A DNA stretch of 62,816 nt, filler included, from Octopus bimaculoides (GCF_001194135.2; 8 parts of 6 records of this genome joined end to end with filler, not necessarily neighbours in it); one strand, 5' to 3'; shown: positions 34,254-48,046, counted from the first letter of the whole stretch. A program made the numbers and translations. The notes: a model not told the origin generated them from the sequence alone.

Positions 34254-37240
34254 TTATATAACGTAAATATATATATATCTATTTATGTATATATAGACAC
34301 ATATTCCTATGCAACTCTTTCTTCCGCTATATATATATGTCTATATATATATATATATATGAATATGTGTGTGTGCGTATGTGTGTGTATATGTATGTGT
34401 GCATGTATTTGTGTGTAGGAGCACATCTTTCTCTGCATGTGTGCAAACATAAAAATCCATACTTATACACATACCTATGAATACATACATACATTTGCTT
34501 ATACATGCATGCATATATACAAATTTTAATGCATATGTATGTATTATTATTACCATTATTATTGTTGTTGTTGAAATAAAAGCAGTTTGCTTCGGTCCTA
34601 CCCAACTGGGAACCTCGTAGATTCGTCACAAATCTGAAGCTAAACAGGTTTCCTTTCCTAACATCGAAACGATGTCGATTGTGCATTTCAACATACTCCA
34701 CTCTTGAGTTTAACTGTGATTTCTCATAGAACGCCTGAGGACATTTTTGAAATTTCTATTTCCATATTTCCAACGACAGATTTGACTTTTCATTCATTTC
34801 TGGTTGATGTAAGACTCCATATTTGAATTTTCATTTTTAATTTCTCTATCGCAATCCTTTCTCTAAGTCCTCTTTGTTCGTCCGGTTAATTTCATATTCG
34901 TGTTATTTCAAGTTATATGGGAGGAATATTTGCGGTTGTATTCAACCAATTTTGATACATATTTGCTTCGAAACTTTTCTTAAATAATTTTCAAAATGCA
35001 CAAATTTGTAAGTGGAGAGGTTTTTATTTCAGATCTGATTGAAAATGTATTTGATGAAGTATATTTGATGACGCATATCGGTGCTGTCGCCCTCTTCGCT
35101 TGCATAAAATCTTGGTTCAATCTTCTGTGATGTTGCATCTTTGTTATCTCACATATTGTTTTTAGATTCTGAAATGACGATTTGTATCGGTTGGAAGTAA
35201 TAAACATGCTATATCTAATATAGTACTAGTTTAAGGGGAAATACTACGCTGTATGTCCAGTGGAATGTAAGTCTCACATGCCAAAAGTGAAATCGGAATG
35301 ATCAACACGCTATTTTTGTATTGAACCCATACAAAATTACAAACAAATGCAGACGGAACTAGTAGAGCATACCAGATTACACCATACGTGTGTGTGTATA
35401 TATATATATATATATATCGTCTCTTTTACTTTCAGGTGTTTCATATTTAAAAGCTGTGACCAAGCTAGGTAATGCATGAAAAAAAAAAGATATATATATA
35501 CAGAGAAACACATATATACGCTCATAGAAACACACACATACCACACACACGCACACACAGAAGCATACACATATATGTGTATGGATACATGTATAACATA
35601 CAGACATACACGACATCATCCATGCAAACAGATACCCCGAATGCAAATATATGTGCATATGTAAATATAAATTAACGATTTTCCTTAAAACTGTCTGTAT
35701 TGCCCAATGCAGACCGTTTGATTCGATATATCATTTTCGAAGTCAGATAATATGGATCACTAATATAATTAATCGTATTGGTTTGTTTATCGATAAATTG
35801 AAGCGTCTGATGTAGCGTACTGATTACGCAAGGATATATATGAAGAATGTTATTTAAATGGTTTAATTATAGTCGTAAATGGCAAACATGTTCAATTCAA
35901 ATAGGGTATGAGATATGATAATGAGGTAGATTTGGAGGTTTTGTAATGTTTACTGTATTAATCACGGTTTTTAATTCCTGGTATTATATTAGTCTCGTGA
36001 CTTGTTTAACTAGCCGTAGATGTTTTCATACGCTCTTCATTTGATAAGCTTTTACTCTTTTCGACAATTGTGTCAATCACTTCCGCTTGGTAGTTGAGTT
36101 GCCGTCCTATTTCGTTACGACAATACCTGCAACATTCTCCCTCTATTGACGATAGTAGTCGTTATGCTAATCTGGTGGCAATTGTTTTCGCATACGGATG
36201 CTAGTAGCGTATCGTTAAAGTCTACTAGCATATATATATATGTATATGTATGTATGTATACATATTTGAATATTTATATATCTAGCACTCTATTTATATG
36301 TGCCCAAATATGTGTTATGTATTTATTTATACATCAGTNNNNNNNNNNNNNNNNNNNNNNNNNNNNNNNNNNNNNNNNNNNNNNNNNNNNNNNNNNNNNN
36401 NNNNNNNNNNNNNNNNNNNNNNNNNNNNNNNNNNNNNNNNNNNNNNNNNNNNNNNNNNNNNNNNNNNNNNNNNNNNNNNNNNNNNNNNNNNNNNNNNNNN
36501 NNNNNNNNNNNNNNNNNNNNNNNNNNNNNNNNNNNNNNNNNNNNNNNNNNNNNNNNNNNNNNNNNNNNNNNNNNNNNNNNNNNNNNNNNNNNNNNNNNNN
36601 NNNNNNNNNNNNNNNNNNNNNNNNNNNNNNNNNNNNNNNNNNNNNNNNNNNNNNNNNNNNNNNNNNNNNNNNNNNNNNNNNNNNNNNNNNNNNNNNNNNN
36701 NNNNNNNNNNNNNNNNNNNNNNNNNNNNNNNNNNNNNNNNNNNNNNNNNNNNNNNNNNNNNNNNNNNNNNNNNNNNNNNNNNNNNNNNNNNNNNNNNNNN
36801 NNNNNNNNNNNNNNNNNNNNNNNNNNNNNNNNNNNNNNNNNNNNNNNNNNNNNNNNNNNNNNNNNNNNNNNNNNNNNNNNNNNNNNNNNNNNNNNNNNNN
36901 NNNNNNNNNNNNNNNNNNNNNNNNNNNNNNNNNNNNNNNNNNNNNNNNNNNNNNNNNNNNNNNNNNNNNNNNNNNNNNNNNNNNNNNNNNNNNNNNNNNN
37001 NNNNNNNNNNNNNNNNNNNNNNNNNNNNNNNNNNNNNNNNNNNNNNNNNNNNNNNNNNNNNNNNNNNNNNNNNNNNNNNNNNNNNNNNNNNNNNNNNNNN
37101 NNNNNNNNNNNNNNNNNNNNNNNNNNNNNNNNNNNNNNNNNNNNNNNNNNNNNNNNNNNNNNNNNNNNNNNNNNNNNNNNNNNNNNNNNNNNNNNNNNAA
37201 TAGTTATGTATGTGTTTTTTCGTGTTTTGTTCGAAAGGTA

Positions 37241-37326
37241 ACCACTCCTGAAGAAGTGCCAAACGTCTAAATCCAATGGACCAGTCACTGGATAAGTTTG
37301 GCACAGAAATGTTAACATAGAGTGGT
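37241..37326 (+). ncRNA. Type I hammerhead ribozyme fold with extended stem II
   Basis: ACCACTC-CTGAAGA-A-GTGCCAAAC...GTTTGGCAC-A-GAAA-TGTTAACA-TA-GAGTGGT. Stem I 7 bp, stem II 9 bp, palindromic helix III, AUA site after 37319, AATAAA at 37328. Confidence 0.78.
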
Positions 37327-38295
37327 GAATAAATCGATATATCGAATTTGAAGTCTCTGTCTCTTTTGCATATGAAAATTTAAAAGTTTAAAAATGTTAT
37401 GATATAAATATAAACTGTGAGAACGACCCTTAAGGAATCTAATTAATGATCTCCTAAGGTAAGTTCTTATGCTATATTGGTAACGGTTGCTACATCCTCT
37501 GGAAAAAAATTATTATATATATATATATGTATATGTATGTATGTATACATATTTGAATATTTATATATCTAGCACTCTATTTATATGTGCCCAAATATGT
37601 GTTATGTATTTATTTATACATCAGTATTCTGATACATTTGTAATATATTCATTACGCATTCCTATATGCGTCTACAACTGTCTAAATAGACGATAATGCA
37701 TAGATGTATATGTCCTCGAGAATTATGACATCAAACACACACACACACTCACTCTCACACGCATACACATATACATACATATATATGGATAACTATGTTT
37801 ACATGAATATGCATGTATGTATATTATATACCTTACACGTATTAGCAAACTTCAATGTATATGAGAACAAATCATTCTATATATATACATAAGTCAAAAA
37901 GAGGTAGTTATTAGATGAGTTTAGGATCAGTGCCTGCAAGGATATTAGATTTCAGAACAGCCTGTCAAGAACTAATGATCGTATTCGATGCTTTGTGCAG
38001 GAATTCCTGAAACTACCAGACACTTAGACAAGTAATCATTATCTTCTTCATTGCCAACAATAAATCGATAGCTTAAAATTCACAGACCTTTATAGGCCAT
38101 TCAATGTTACGCTATTCTTAGTTACCGTTTATTTGTATAGCATTCTGTTGTGTTATATGATAACCTTTCGAAATATTGGATGGTTTGTACTTCATGGTTT
38201 TACATTGATCGTAATGAGAATAACATAACTGCGTTTATGGGAAGCGCTCGTGGTTGAATAATCGATCGTGGGCCACCATATATGCGTGTGTGTAA

Positions 38296-38506
38296 TGGTG
38301 GCGAGCAGGCAGAAAAGTTAGTACGCCGGGCGAAATGCTTCGTGGTAGTTCATGTCTTTACGTACTGAGTTCAAATTCCGCCGAGGTCGATTTTGCCTTT
38401 CATCCTTTCGGGATTGTTAAATTAAGTATCACTTACGTACGGATTTCGATTAAATCGGCTGACTCCCTCCCCATCAACTTTAGGCCTTGTGCTTAGAATA
38501 GAAAAT
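38296..38506 (+). mobile_element. SINE (GGTCGACTTTGCC family)
   Basis: GGTGGCGAGCAGGCAGAA...GAGTTCAAATTCCGCCGAGGTCGATTTTGCCTTTCATCC. Confidence 0.85.
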
Positions 38507-38839
38507 GCATCTGCGTGTGTTTATATTTGCATGTGAGCGCGTATGCCACTATATATATTTATGTGTGTGAATTAGCGTGTAGTCGATGTTTTCCTTCTTA
38601 TTCCGTTAGAAATTTCCATTTCCTTCAATACTCGGTTGTAGTTCATNNNNNNNNNNNNNNNNNNNNNNNNNNNNNNNNNNNNNNNNNNNNNNNNNNNNNN
38701 NNNNNNNNNNNNNNNNNNNNNNNNNNNNNNNNNNNNNNNNNNNNNNNNNNNNNNNNNNNNNNNNNNNNNNNNNNNNNNNNNNNNNNATATATATATATAT
38801 ATATATAAAAGAAGGCTCAAAATCCTTAAAGGGATGCTA

Positions 38840-39620
38840 AACACCCAAGTCCGCTGGTTTAATCCAAGCAAAAAGTATATAAATAAAAAAAACTATATAT
38901 TCAATATTGGTGTAATCAATAAATAAAGTATAAAGGAAGGAAAAAAATATACGCATAGACGATCTTTTAATAATAAGTTGGTACAAATCGAATAATGATA
39001 CTACAGATTGTTTCCAAGCTTAATTAATTCGAAAAGAAAATGAAAAAAATAATCCTTTTACGGTTTCTCTGGATTCCTCTCAGATTATGTCTTGTATTAA
39101 TGGAAGAAAATTATTTGATTTTTATCGTCGTGATATCTTAGTTAATGTTAGCGAGATCAATACCAAGTCTGCCAATGTTATGGATTCTTCCAATAGCCAT
39201 GTTGGTAGTGATAGTTTGGATTCTAATATAAGTTTTAATAATATGAGGGTGACAGGTTTTTGCTTAATTAATGATTCCATTTCTGACGGTTTAAGTAGGG
39301 TTATAAATTCTCTTGGAGATTGTAGAAACAAAGAAAATTGTTTATTTCGAAATTTATATAAACGTAGAGAAGTAGTGATTCAAGCTAAAGTCATTTCTGA
39401 GGGTAACGATTACCTTCATATTGGTTCTTCTGCTAATTATATTAAGAAAAGCGTTTTGAATCATTACCATTTCTTTAGGAACAAAAATAGGGCTTCATCT
39501 ACTAGTCTTAATAATTTCATCTGCAGTCTTAAAGATAACAGTAAAACGTTCTTTATTGAATAGAACATTTTAGGGGTGGCCCCTGCTTATAAGATTGAGT
39601 ATAGATTATTTTCTCTTTCT
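38840..39620 (+). mobile_element. Decayed Penelope-like element, linker and GIY-YIG endonuclease region
   Basis: VRWFNPS, then CRNKENC...VVIQAKV..YLHIGSS..IKKSVLNHYHFF..TSLNNFICSLKD...*NILGVAPAY follows the Penelope WFNPP/GIY-YIG pattern, with stops. Confidence 0.75.
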
Positions 39621-39709
39621 TCAGCTTCATCATCATCATCATCGTGCTGTCATCATCACCACTCCAACAACAGCACCACCATTACCACGAAACCGTCTTC
39701 CTATAATGT

Positions 39710-39926
39710 TAGGTTTCAAATTTTGGCAGGAGGTGAGCAAGCTCTGGAAGTGGGGATAAGTTGATTACATCTACCTCAGAATTCAACTTGTCCTTATTCT
39801 ATCGAACCCGCAATAACTAAAGGCAAATTACACGTTGGTAGGAATGTGAACCGAGAACATAAAGACGGACAAAATGCCTCTAAACATTTTGTCCCGCATG
39901 CTAACGGTTCTTCAAGTTCACCACCA
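39710..39926 (-). mobile_element. Decayed SINE
   Basis: Degenerate match to the 9440-9674 family. Confidence 0.55.
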
Positions 39927-40760
39927 TAGTATGTTCACATAATAGTAGACATATATTTAATGGAACGAGTTCAGAACTGGTCAGAAAAGTTTTCAACGAA
40001 AGACGCTTGAAATGAATGTGCAATTTCTATTTTCTCAAGTGAAGCTGTAATCTATGAAAAGTAAGACAAGTTGTATTGAAGCATTTGCTTGAGGTTAACA
40101 TACAGCAATTAAATACATAACGCAGTTTAAATCTTCCCTGAACTAATTTTACTTCAAAGAGCAAGCAGCACCTAACAAGGACCTATTTCAATGGCAATAA
40201 TATTGAACTCTAAGCTGGTTCGGGAAAATAAGAAAAGAAAATGAGAAGATTAACAGGAAGAAAAAAAAAAAGATCGAAAATAAACATTTCAATTGGTTGC
40301 GTACAATTACATGCAATTAGGACATTGGTAATTAACTGAAGCAAGTAGAAGAGCTATTGGCACAACAAAGACAAATAATAATGATAGTCATCACTATCTC
40401 TCTCCTATTCCTTCCTCTACTTTTCACCGTTATCATCATCGGCAGCACCACCATCAGTACAAAGAAAAATACTATCATACGCATCACCAACGTTTCAATG
40501 TGTATTTTCATTGCGATTTATTAGTACAGTTAACATTGACGTACAAGTTGTATATTTACTAACACACACATTGAGTCACACGCACATGCGTACACACACA
40601 GAGACACACGCACACATATATCATGATACAAACAATCATTTACATATGAAAAGATATACACGTGTATGCGTATATGAATTTTACTATATATACATTTATA
40701 TTATTGTATCGTTAAATTTGTGTGTTTATAAATACACAAATCTATCAACCTATCAATCTA

Positions 40761-40791
<31 letters not shown>

Positions 40792-40920
40792 ATCTATCTC
40801 TCTATCTATCTATCTATCTATCTATCTATATCTATATATATATATATATATATATATATNNNNNNNNNNNNNNNNNNNNNNNNNNNNNNNNNNNNNNNNN
40901 NNNNNNNNNNNNNNNNNNNN

Positions 40921-40974
<54 letters not shown>

Positions 40975-41671
40975 GATAGATAGATAGATAGATAGAGACA
41001 GAAGGAAAGAAAAGAGAGAGAGAGATACATATACATGTATGTATATTTGAATTTATCTACACGCATATATACACACATTCACACAGGCATATTGTTCTTA
41101 AATAATGTGCTATTTCTAACGTATAGCTCTTATAATTTAGTGTTAGCCCTCCTGCACCTCCTGCTCCTCCTCCTCCTCCTCGTCTTCGGAGTAAAACTTT
41201 AAATCAAAAAGAAAAGAAAATACGGAAACGTTTGCTTAAATTGCTAGAGGATGTTATCGTGGTTCTAACTGAGCCAAATGATCTCCTTCGTTGTTTAATG
41301 GTTGGTGTCAGAGAGAACGTTAGTCTATAAGATTTCACCCTGTCGGGTACAGAGTCGGTATTTCGTATCACGTTAAGAGTATAAACCTTTTTCTCATTTC
41401 CTTTATTTTTACTTTTATAAAAAAATAATAACATATGTTACTCGTCCGTTGTCCTGTAAATACGGACTTCACTTCTCTTTTTGATATATATTTCTTAAAG
41501 TATGAAACAAAGTCTCTTGCGCTTTTTTAGTTAGATTCATAATATGGTTTTCGTAAGTATTAGAGTCAAATCTATCGCCAGCGTGTAATGCATCTTTGCA
41601 ACATAACGAACAGCAAGAAAGTCTTCTAAGGGTCGTGTGTGTTGCTAAACTGACCAATACACTAAATCGTC

Positions 41672-42388
41672 AAGCCGATTACATGGAGGAGAGGTATTCG
41701 TCTCTATTTTGGATAAAACCTGAAAAAGTTTGGAAAAATCTCGGGAATTCACGAAAATTTTTCGTAAATTAAACGAGTGTCGCTACACTAGGATGACATC
41801 TTTTAGTGATAATCGCCCTTGGGGTTGACTTTTGGGGGAAAAAACTGTTAGATTGTGAATTTGCATTATATCATATTGTGTGTATATGTGAAGTTCGTAT
41901 GTTTGTGTCCCGGGAGAGTTCATTAGATGAGACATGTACCTTCTGTGTAAAGTTCATGTGTTGTATATATTCAATGTTCACGTTCAAGGAAGGCGACTAT
42001 TCTTCTAGGAATAGCGGAGTGGGTGGTGGTCTCTTTTTGAAATGTCGATGTGTGAAATATTACTTGTGTATGCAAAGAGAGGAGGTTTCAACCCTAATTT
42101 TAAACATTTTATCTGTTGACTATTATATTTAGCTTTACACTGATACAGAGCTCACTTTTGTTACCCCGTTACTTGTATTTTCTAGCTTTAGCAATGACGC
42201 TCTATGCTATCTAGGGCTTGCTTACCTCTCTTTCTTTCAATGTCCATATCATATAGGATAGAGCTGTCGCATGGCTTTTATTTTCATTCATGGGACATTT
42301 TCGTGAATTCCCGAGATTTTTTTCCGAATATCTTCATGTTTTCATACAAAATGGAGACAAAGAACATTCCTTCATGCGATCGGCTGGA
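41672..42388. mobile_element. Old non-autonomous TIR element (MITE-like, about 715 bp)
   Basis: 41672-41758 and 42297-42388 are diverged inverted repeats with an identical core tctcgggaattcacgaaaat. Confidence 0.7.
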
Positions 42389-42496
42389 AAATTGTGAAAC
42401 TAATAAGATATTTTTCTTAACAATGGTGGCCTTAATATACAAATAAAGAAATTTTATCCAACAAGCGGTGTTGAGACCTCATTCGCATTTTTCAAC

Positions 42497-42530
<34 letters not shown>

Positions 42531-43010
42531 NNNNNNNNNNNNNNNNNNNNNNNNNNNNNNNNNNNNNNNNNNNNNNNNNNNNNNNNNNNNNNNNNNNNNN
42601 NNNNNNNNNNNNNNNNNNNNNNNNNNNNNNNNNNNNNNNNNNNNNNNNNNNNNNNNNNNNNNNNNNNNNNNNNNNNNNNNNNNNNNNNNNNNNNNNNNNN
42701 NNNNNNNNNNNNNNNNNNNNNNNNNNNNNNNNNNNNNNNNNNNNNNNNNNNNNNNNNNNNNNNNNNNNNNNNNNNNNNNNNNNNNNNNNNNNNNNNNNNN
42801 NNNNNNNNNNNNNNNNNNNNNNNNNNNNNNNNNNNNNNNNNNNNNNNNNNNNNNNNNNNNNNNNNNNNNNNNNNNNNNNNNNNNNNNNNNNNNNNNNNNN
42901 NNNNNNNNNNNNNNNNNNNNNNNNNNNNNNNNNNNNNNNNNNNNNNNNNNNNNNNNNNNNNNNNNNNNNNNNNNNNNNNNNNNNNNNNNNNNNNNNNNNN
43001 NNNNNNNNNN

Positions 43011-43050
<40 letters not shown>

Positions 43051-44516
43051 GAATGCTTTCGTTGATTGAATACTTTAACCAACACCGAGTATGAAATTAA
43101 ATAAAATTAGATCTTACACGTATAATCATCCATCATCATTCCCGAATGTTCTTCATCCAATACAAAGACAAAATCTCTCTGAAATAGACACCGCAAACGC
43201 AACGAATTTATTTGTATTAAACGTGTTTAAACTGTGAGTTCAACATATTTTTAGGTCTCATTTGACACCGTATTAAATTTCATCAGTGTTATCATTGCCA
43301 AGATAGTCTAAACTGCTTCAAGAGCGGAGAAAAGAAAAAATACTACGTCAGTTTGTACTGTTATATCTCCATTTTTATCTGAAGGTTCGAAAGCGAATTA
43401 AACCGAATCTACTCTGCTTTAACAAGCACGAAGGTGTATGAAACACATACCTGGAAGCAATTTAAATTTATTACATTATTCCCTTGAGAATTTTCAATTT
43501 ATTCTCAATATTTGATGAGAATTTACGATTAAGAAGTCGAGTGCAGAGAAGGAAATTGCTTTCAGGCACATTTATTTTTTACTTTATGAAAGAATATAGT
43601 TGAATAATGCGTGCAACAATTTAAATATTCTTGTCACTCATCTAGATAAACACTCTTAGTGTTTCTAAGGGCAAATCTCGTGATTCATGGACTTTCTTCA
43701 TTTACGTATGCGTGTCTGTATATGTACTTGTGTTTGCACATGTGTGCATATATATATATATATATATANNNNNNNNNNNNNNNNNNNNNNNNNNNNNNNN
43801 NNNNNNNNNNNNTTAATTAATTAANNNNNNNNNNNNNNNNNNNNNNNNNNNNNNNNNNNNNNNNNNNNGAGTATTCTGGTATAAAAAAAAAAAAAATTCA
43901 CGCAAAGAAATGATGAAAATGCAAAGGAAAAAAAAACTGTTCAGAAGCAAAAAAAAAAAAAAAGAACGGAATGAAAACAAAAAAAATACAATAAAATTTT
44001 GAAAAAAAAAAAAACCACCAGTCACTTACTGCACATAAAAATCACTCGTTGGTGTTAATATGCACATATATATGTATCGATAAACACATACAGCTATAGG
44101 ATACCTAGTAATTTAGAGCAGTGTAATTTGGGTAACTGAGGCAATTTTGGTGAAATTTCCTCGAATTGACGCTGCTACATACTGCGTAACGTTAATAATA
44201 ATGATAATACAAATGGTAATATTGATACGAATACTACTCCTACTACTAATAATAATAGAAGTAGTGAAGGCATTGAGCCAAAATATTAAGTGAAATTGTA
44301 ATACTGTCTGTTTATCTGCAATTCATTTCGATTTGAATGTAGGCCAAACTAGTGTAGATGTCGAAAATTGTGTTCCTGTATACATAAATGTATATACATA
44401 TATACTTGCATTCCTATGTATGTATGTATATATGTATGTATGTATGTATGTATGTGAGTACGTATGTATATTGCTATGTATGTATGTATGTATGTATGTA
44501 TATATATGTGTGTATG

Positions 44517-44620
<104 letters not shown>

Positions 44621-45558
44621 CATACATACTCGTATACACGCATTCATATACTCAAACACGTACATATAAACTGTGTGTGTGCCTTATACATGATCAAATA
44701 TGTAAACAAAATCTTTATATATATTAATCTAGATATGATATACATATTCTAAATACCCACAGCTTGAGTAGCATAGAGTTTATGATTAAGTCACTCGCTA
44801 AACGCACACACACGCACACACACGCACACACACAAACACACACATGCACACATACACTCATATATATACACATATACACTGATATATATGTAACTCGCAA
44901 CACGCCATTGATCCATTCTGTCGTTATATCTATATTGGCTATACCCCCTACTATGTTCATTTTCATTCTTCCTTATACATGAGCATACTCACATACGTGC
45001 ATTTGTACACATTTTTATACCTATGTCCTACAATGGCCCAGTATGTTTGTTAACATATTCTTGGTCCAGTGACTGTGAAAGCCTATTACATTGTTTTCTG
45101 ATCTAGGCCTTGAAGTAAACGTTATTTTTTCTTGGTATGAAAGTGAAAACATCCACATCTCTCTACTTCATAGTTAATAATCATAAACAAACATATATTG
45201 CAGAAACAGAGTTTCTTACATTCTATGTTTTATGGATGTTTATCCATAAATGTAGCCCCATATGTATCTCTGTGTGGTTGCATGACTTTCAATAAATAGC
45301 AGCCAAATCCACCTTGGATGAAACACTGACAGTTTAAAAAACAAATAGAAATAATGAGGCTGTATCGTTATTTTGTTTTTTCGTTTTCGTTTGCTGTGGC
45401 AGTGTTCGTTCGTGTATGGTGGGATGCAATTTTGGCAGTGAAAATGTATGGGTGTTAGTATTTTAAAAGTTTCTAAAACAACCCGTTGTTTCTTGTCTAC
45501 GCCCGGCTATAAATCTTGTTTCGAAGTGAGAAGATTACGCGAGTCAAATAACAACAAC

Positions 45559-45624
<66 letters not shown>

Positions 45625-46343
45625 TCTTTCTACTGTAGGCACAAGGCCCGAAATTTTGAGGGAGAGAATAAGTCGATTACATTATCCCCTAGGGATAATG
45701 AAAAGGCAAGAATATAAAGGGTTGCAAAAAGTACCACAAAACATTGCATTAGAGTGACGGATAAAATACCTCATAGTATTTCTTCAAACTCTTTTACATT
45801 CTTAGTTCAAATCTTGCGAGATCGATTTGGCATTTAATCCCTGGGGCAATGGTATCGACTATCAGACGCCAATCAAAATCTGTTAACTTTGTGCCTAATT
45901 TAGAAACAATTACAGTTATAATGGCATTAAAATAAAGTACTTAGATGGCATTGCCTGAAATTCTTTAAAGACACGTCTTCATAAAATGAAAATAAATTCC
46001 AAATATGTGTTGATTACAGCGAAATAAGCAATAAAACAAATCAACTTCCACGCTTTTTGTTTTCTCTTTTTTTCTTTTACACATTTAACTTTTGAAATAA
46101 AAATATAATGTTATTTATTTCTGTTTAAGCAAAGCAGCAGTCTGAACGATCTCCATAAAAATTTTTTTTTTTGTTTCCAAAGCACACTTTCTGTATTTGT
46201 CAGTCATCCACAGACGTAAAAGAGAGATCAATAGTTTTCGATAATTGTGCAGTTTTATATTGTTTTCACAATTTCATTTACTTTGTCTCGACATTTAAGA
46301 AGTGGTTGGTAAAAAATAATTTCATTCTTTTATACCTTATCCA

Positions 46344-46431
<88 letters not shown>

Positions 46432-47049
46432 CGCCATCATCATTATCATGATTATTTTCTTGCTATTTTAAATATTACGTATATCAATCCACATTTTTTT
46501 TTTGTTTTTACTATTGGTATATATTACCGTTCAGATCTATCTGATCAAAATTGCAGGGGAAATATGGTTTAACTTATTTCAGTAGTTCCGTATCCATGCA
46601 ATTAATCGTCTCCTTTAAGAGCAATAAAACTACCACAGTTCATGCATTAAGCATTCACAGTTCTTATTTAGTATACCCAACTGTATGCGTTGGGTAGACA
46701 ATTCTACACATTATGCAGTCAAAATGTGCTGATCATAGAGTTCATATCGATATAATTGATTTCATTGTTTACTATAATTGATTAGCCTTATATTTACCCT
46801 CATCAATCAAAACTTATGATAAGAGATATTCTAGCCAAGCTCATCACGATTTTTATAGACATGTAAATTGCATTATGTAACGTATCATTTTCATATTTAA
46901 AGGGGTATGGTGTGTTTTGGGGAGATTTGGGATCTGCTTCTAACAATTCGAGCGACCACGTAGTGACTCCTGCATCAGCTTGTTTCAATGCATGTTGTAG
47001 GAATGTGCACATAATGATTATGACATGAACATATGGCCTCAGTTATGTT

Positions 47050-47342
47050 ATGAATATGATAGACTCTCCCGTCGATAACGACGTATGTTCATTCAGCTTT
47101 TGCCGAATGACCTGCACAAATGATTGTTTACAGTGATCAAATGTTCCTGCCACACATTAGCTCACTCTCTCCATCAAATCTACGATGCCTGAACAGGTAC
47201 ACGGTGTACCACACACGAAGTGTCGAAGTGTTTGCAGGGTAACACGAGATGAAGTGTTTTGCTCAAGAAGACAACTCACCACCCGGTCTAGGAATTGAAA
47301 TCACGATCAGTAGATCGTGAGTGCCTAACCACTAGGCCATAG
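47050..47342 (-). mobile_element. tRNA-derived SINE (long family)
   Basis: Minus-strand ATGGCCTAGTGGTTAGGCACTCACGATC...TTTCAATTCCTAGACCGGG. Confidence 0.75.
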
Positions 47343-47387
47343 CTTTATGTTATTTCGTAAGCATGAGGTGCCGGGTACGATCCCCTC

Positions 47388-47537
47388 GCGCAGGTACGGC
47401 TGAGTAGTTAAGAAGTTCACTTTGAAACCGTGTTGAGTCCCACTGCGTGGCATCTTCGTCAAGTAACTTCTACTAAAACTCAGGGCCGAGCAATGACTTG
47501 TAATTGAATTTGATAGGCGAGAACTGCAGGGAAGTCT
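47388..47537 (+). mobile_element. Decayed SINE (12060/55201 family)
   Basis: GCAGGTACGGCTGAGTAG...GAGTCCCACTGCGTGGCATCTT... Confidence 0.7.
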
Positions 47538-47555
47538 TTTTTGCTTAGTTATAAT

Positions 47556-47740
47556 GATTTCAAATTTAGACACGAGGGAGGGATTAGTCAATTACGTCGA
47601 CCTCAGTTCTCAACTGGTACTTGTTTTATCGAATGAAAGGCAAAGTCTACCTTGGCGGAATTTGAACTCAGAACGTAAACACGGACGAAATGCCAGAATC
47701 CAATTTGCCAGGCGTGCTGACGAATCTGCCAGCTCGCTGT
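47556..47740 (-). mobile_element. SINE (GGTCGACTTTGCC family)
   Basis: Minus-strand CAGCGAGCTGGCAGATTCG...GAGTTCAAATTCCGCCAAGGTAGACTTTGCCTTTCAT. Confidence 0.78.
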
Positions 47741-47940
47741 CTTTAGGTTCAGATGTAATAAAAAACAATTTTGCATTAATCTGATCAATTGCACCATATT
47801 TTTGTAGAGAACAAATTTATTATTCTTAAACAAGAATGTTATTGTTAATGACTTCGAAACTTCGGCCCATCGTCGGAATGCTTGACGTTGGCTTAACTAG
47901 CCGAAAGTTCGAAATCGATATTCTTTATTAAGAATTATTT

Positions 47941-48030
<90 letters not shown>

Positions 48031-48046
48031 GTAATAATAATAATAA

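Noticed and set aside
39087-39563. 158-aa ORF as a host gene
   Set aside because: It is part of a decayed Penelope GIY-YIG region with in-frame stops nearby.
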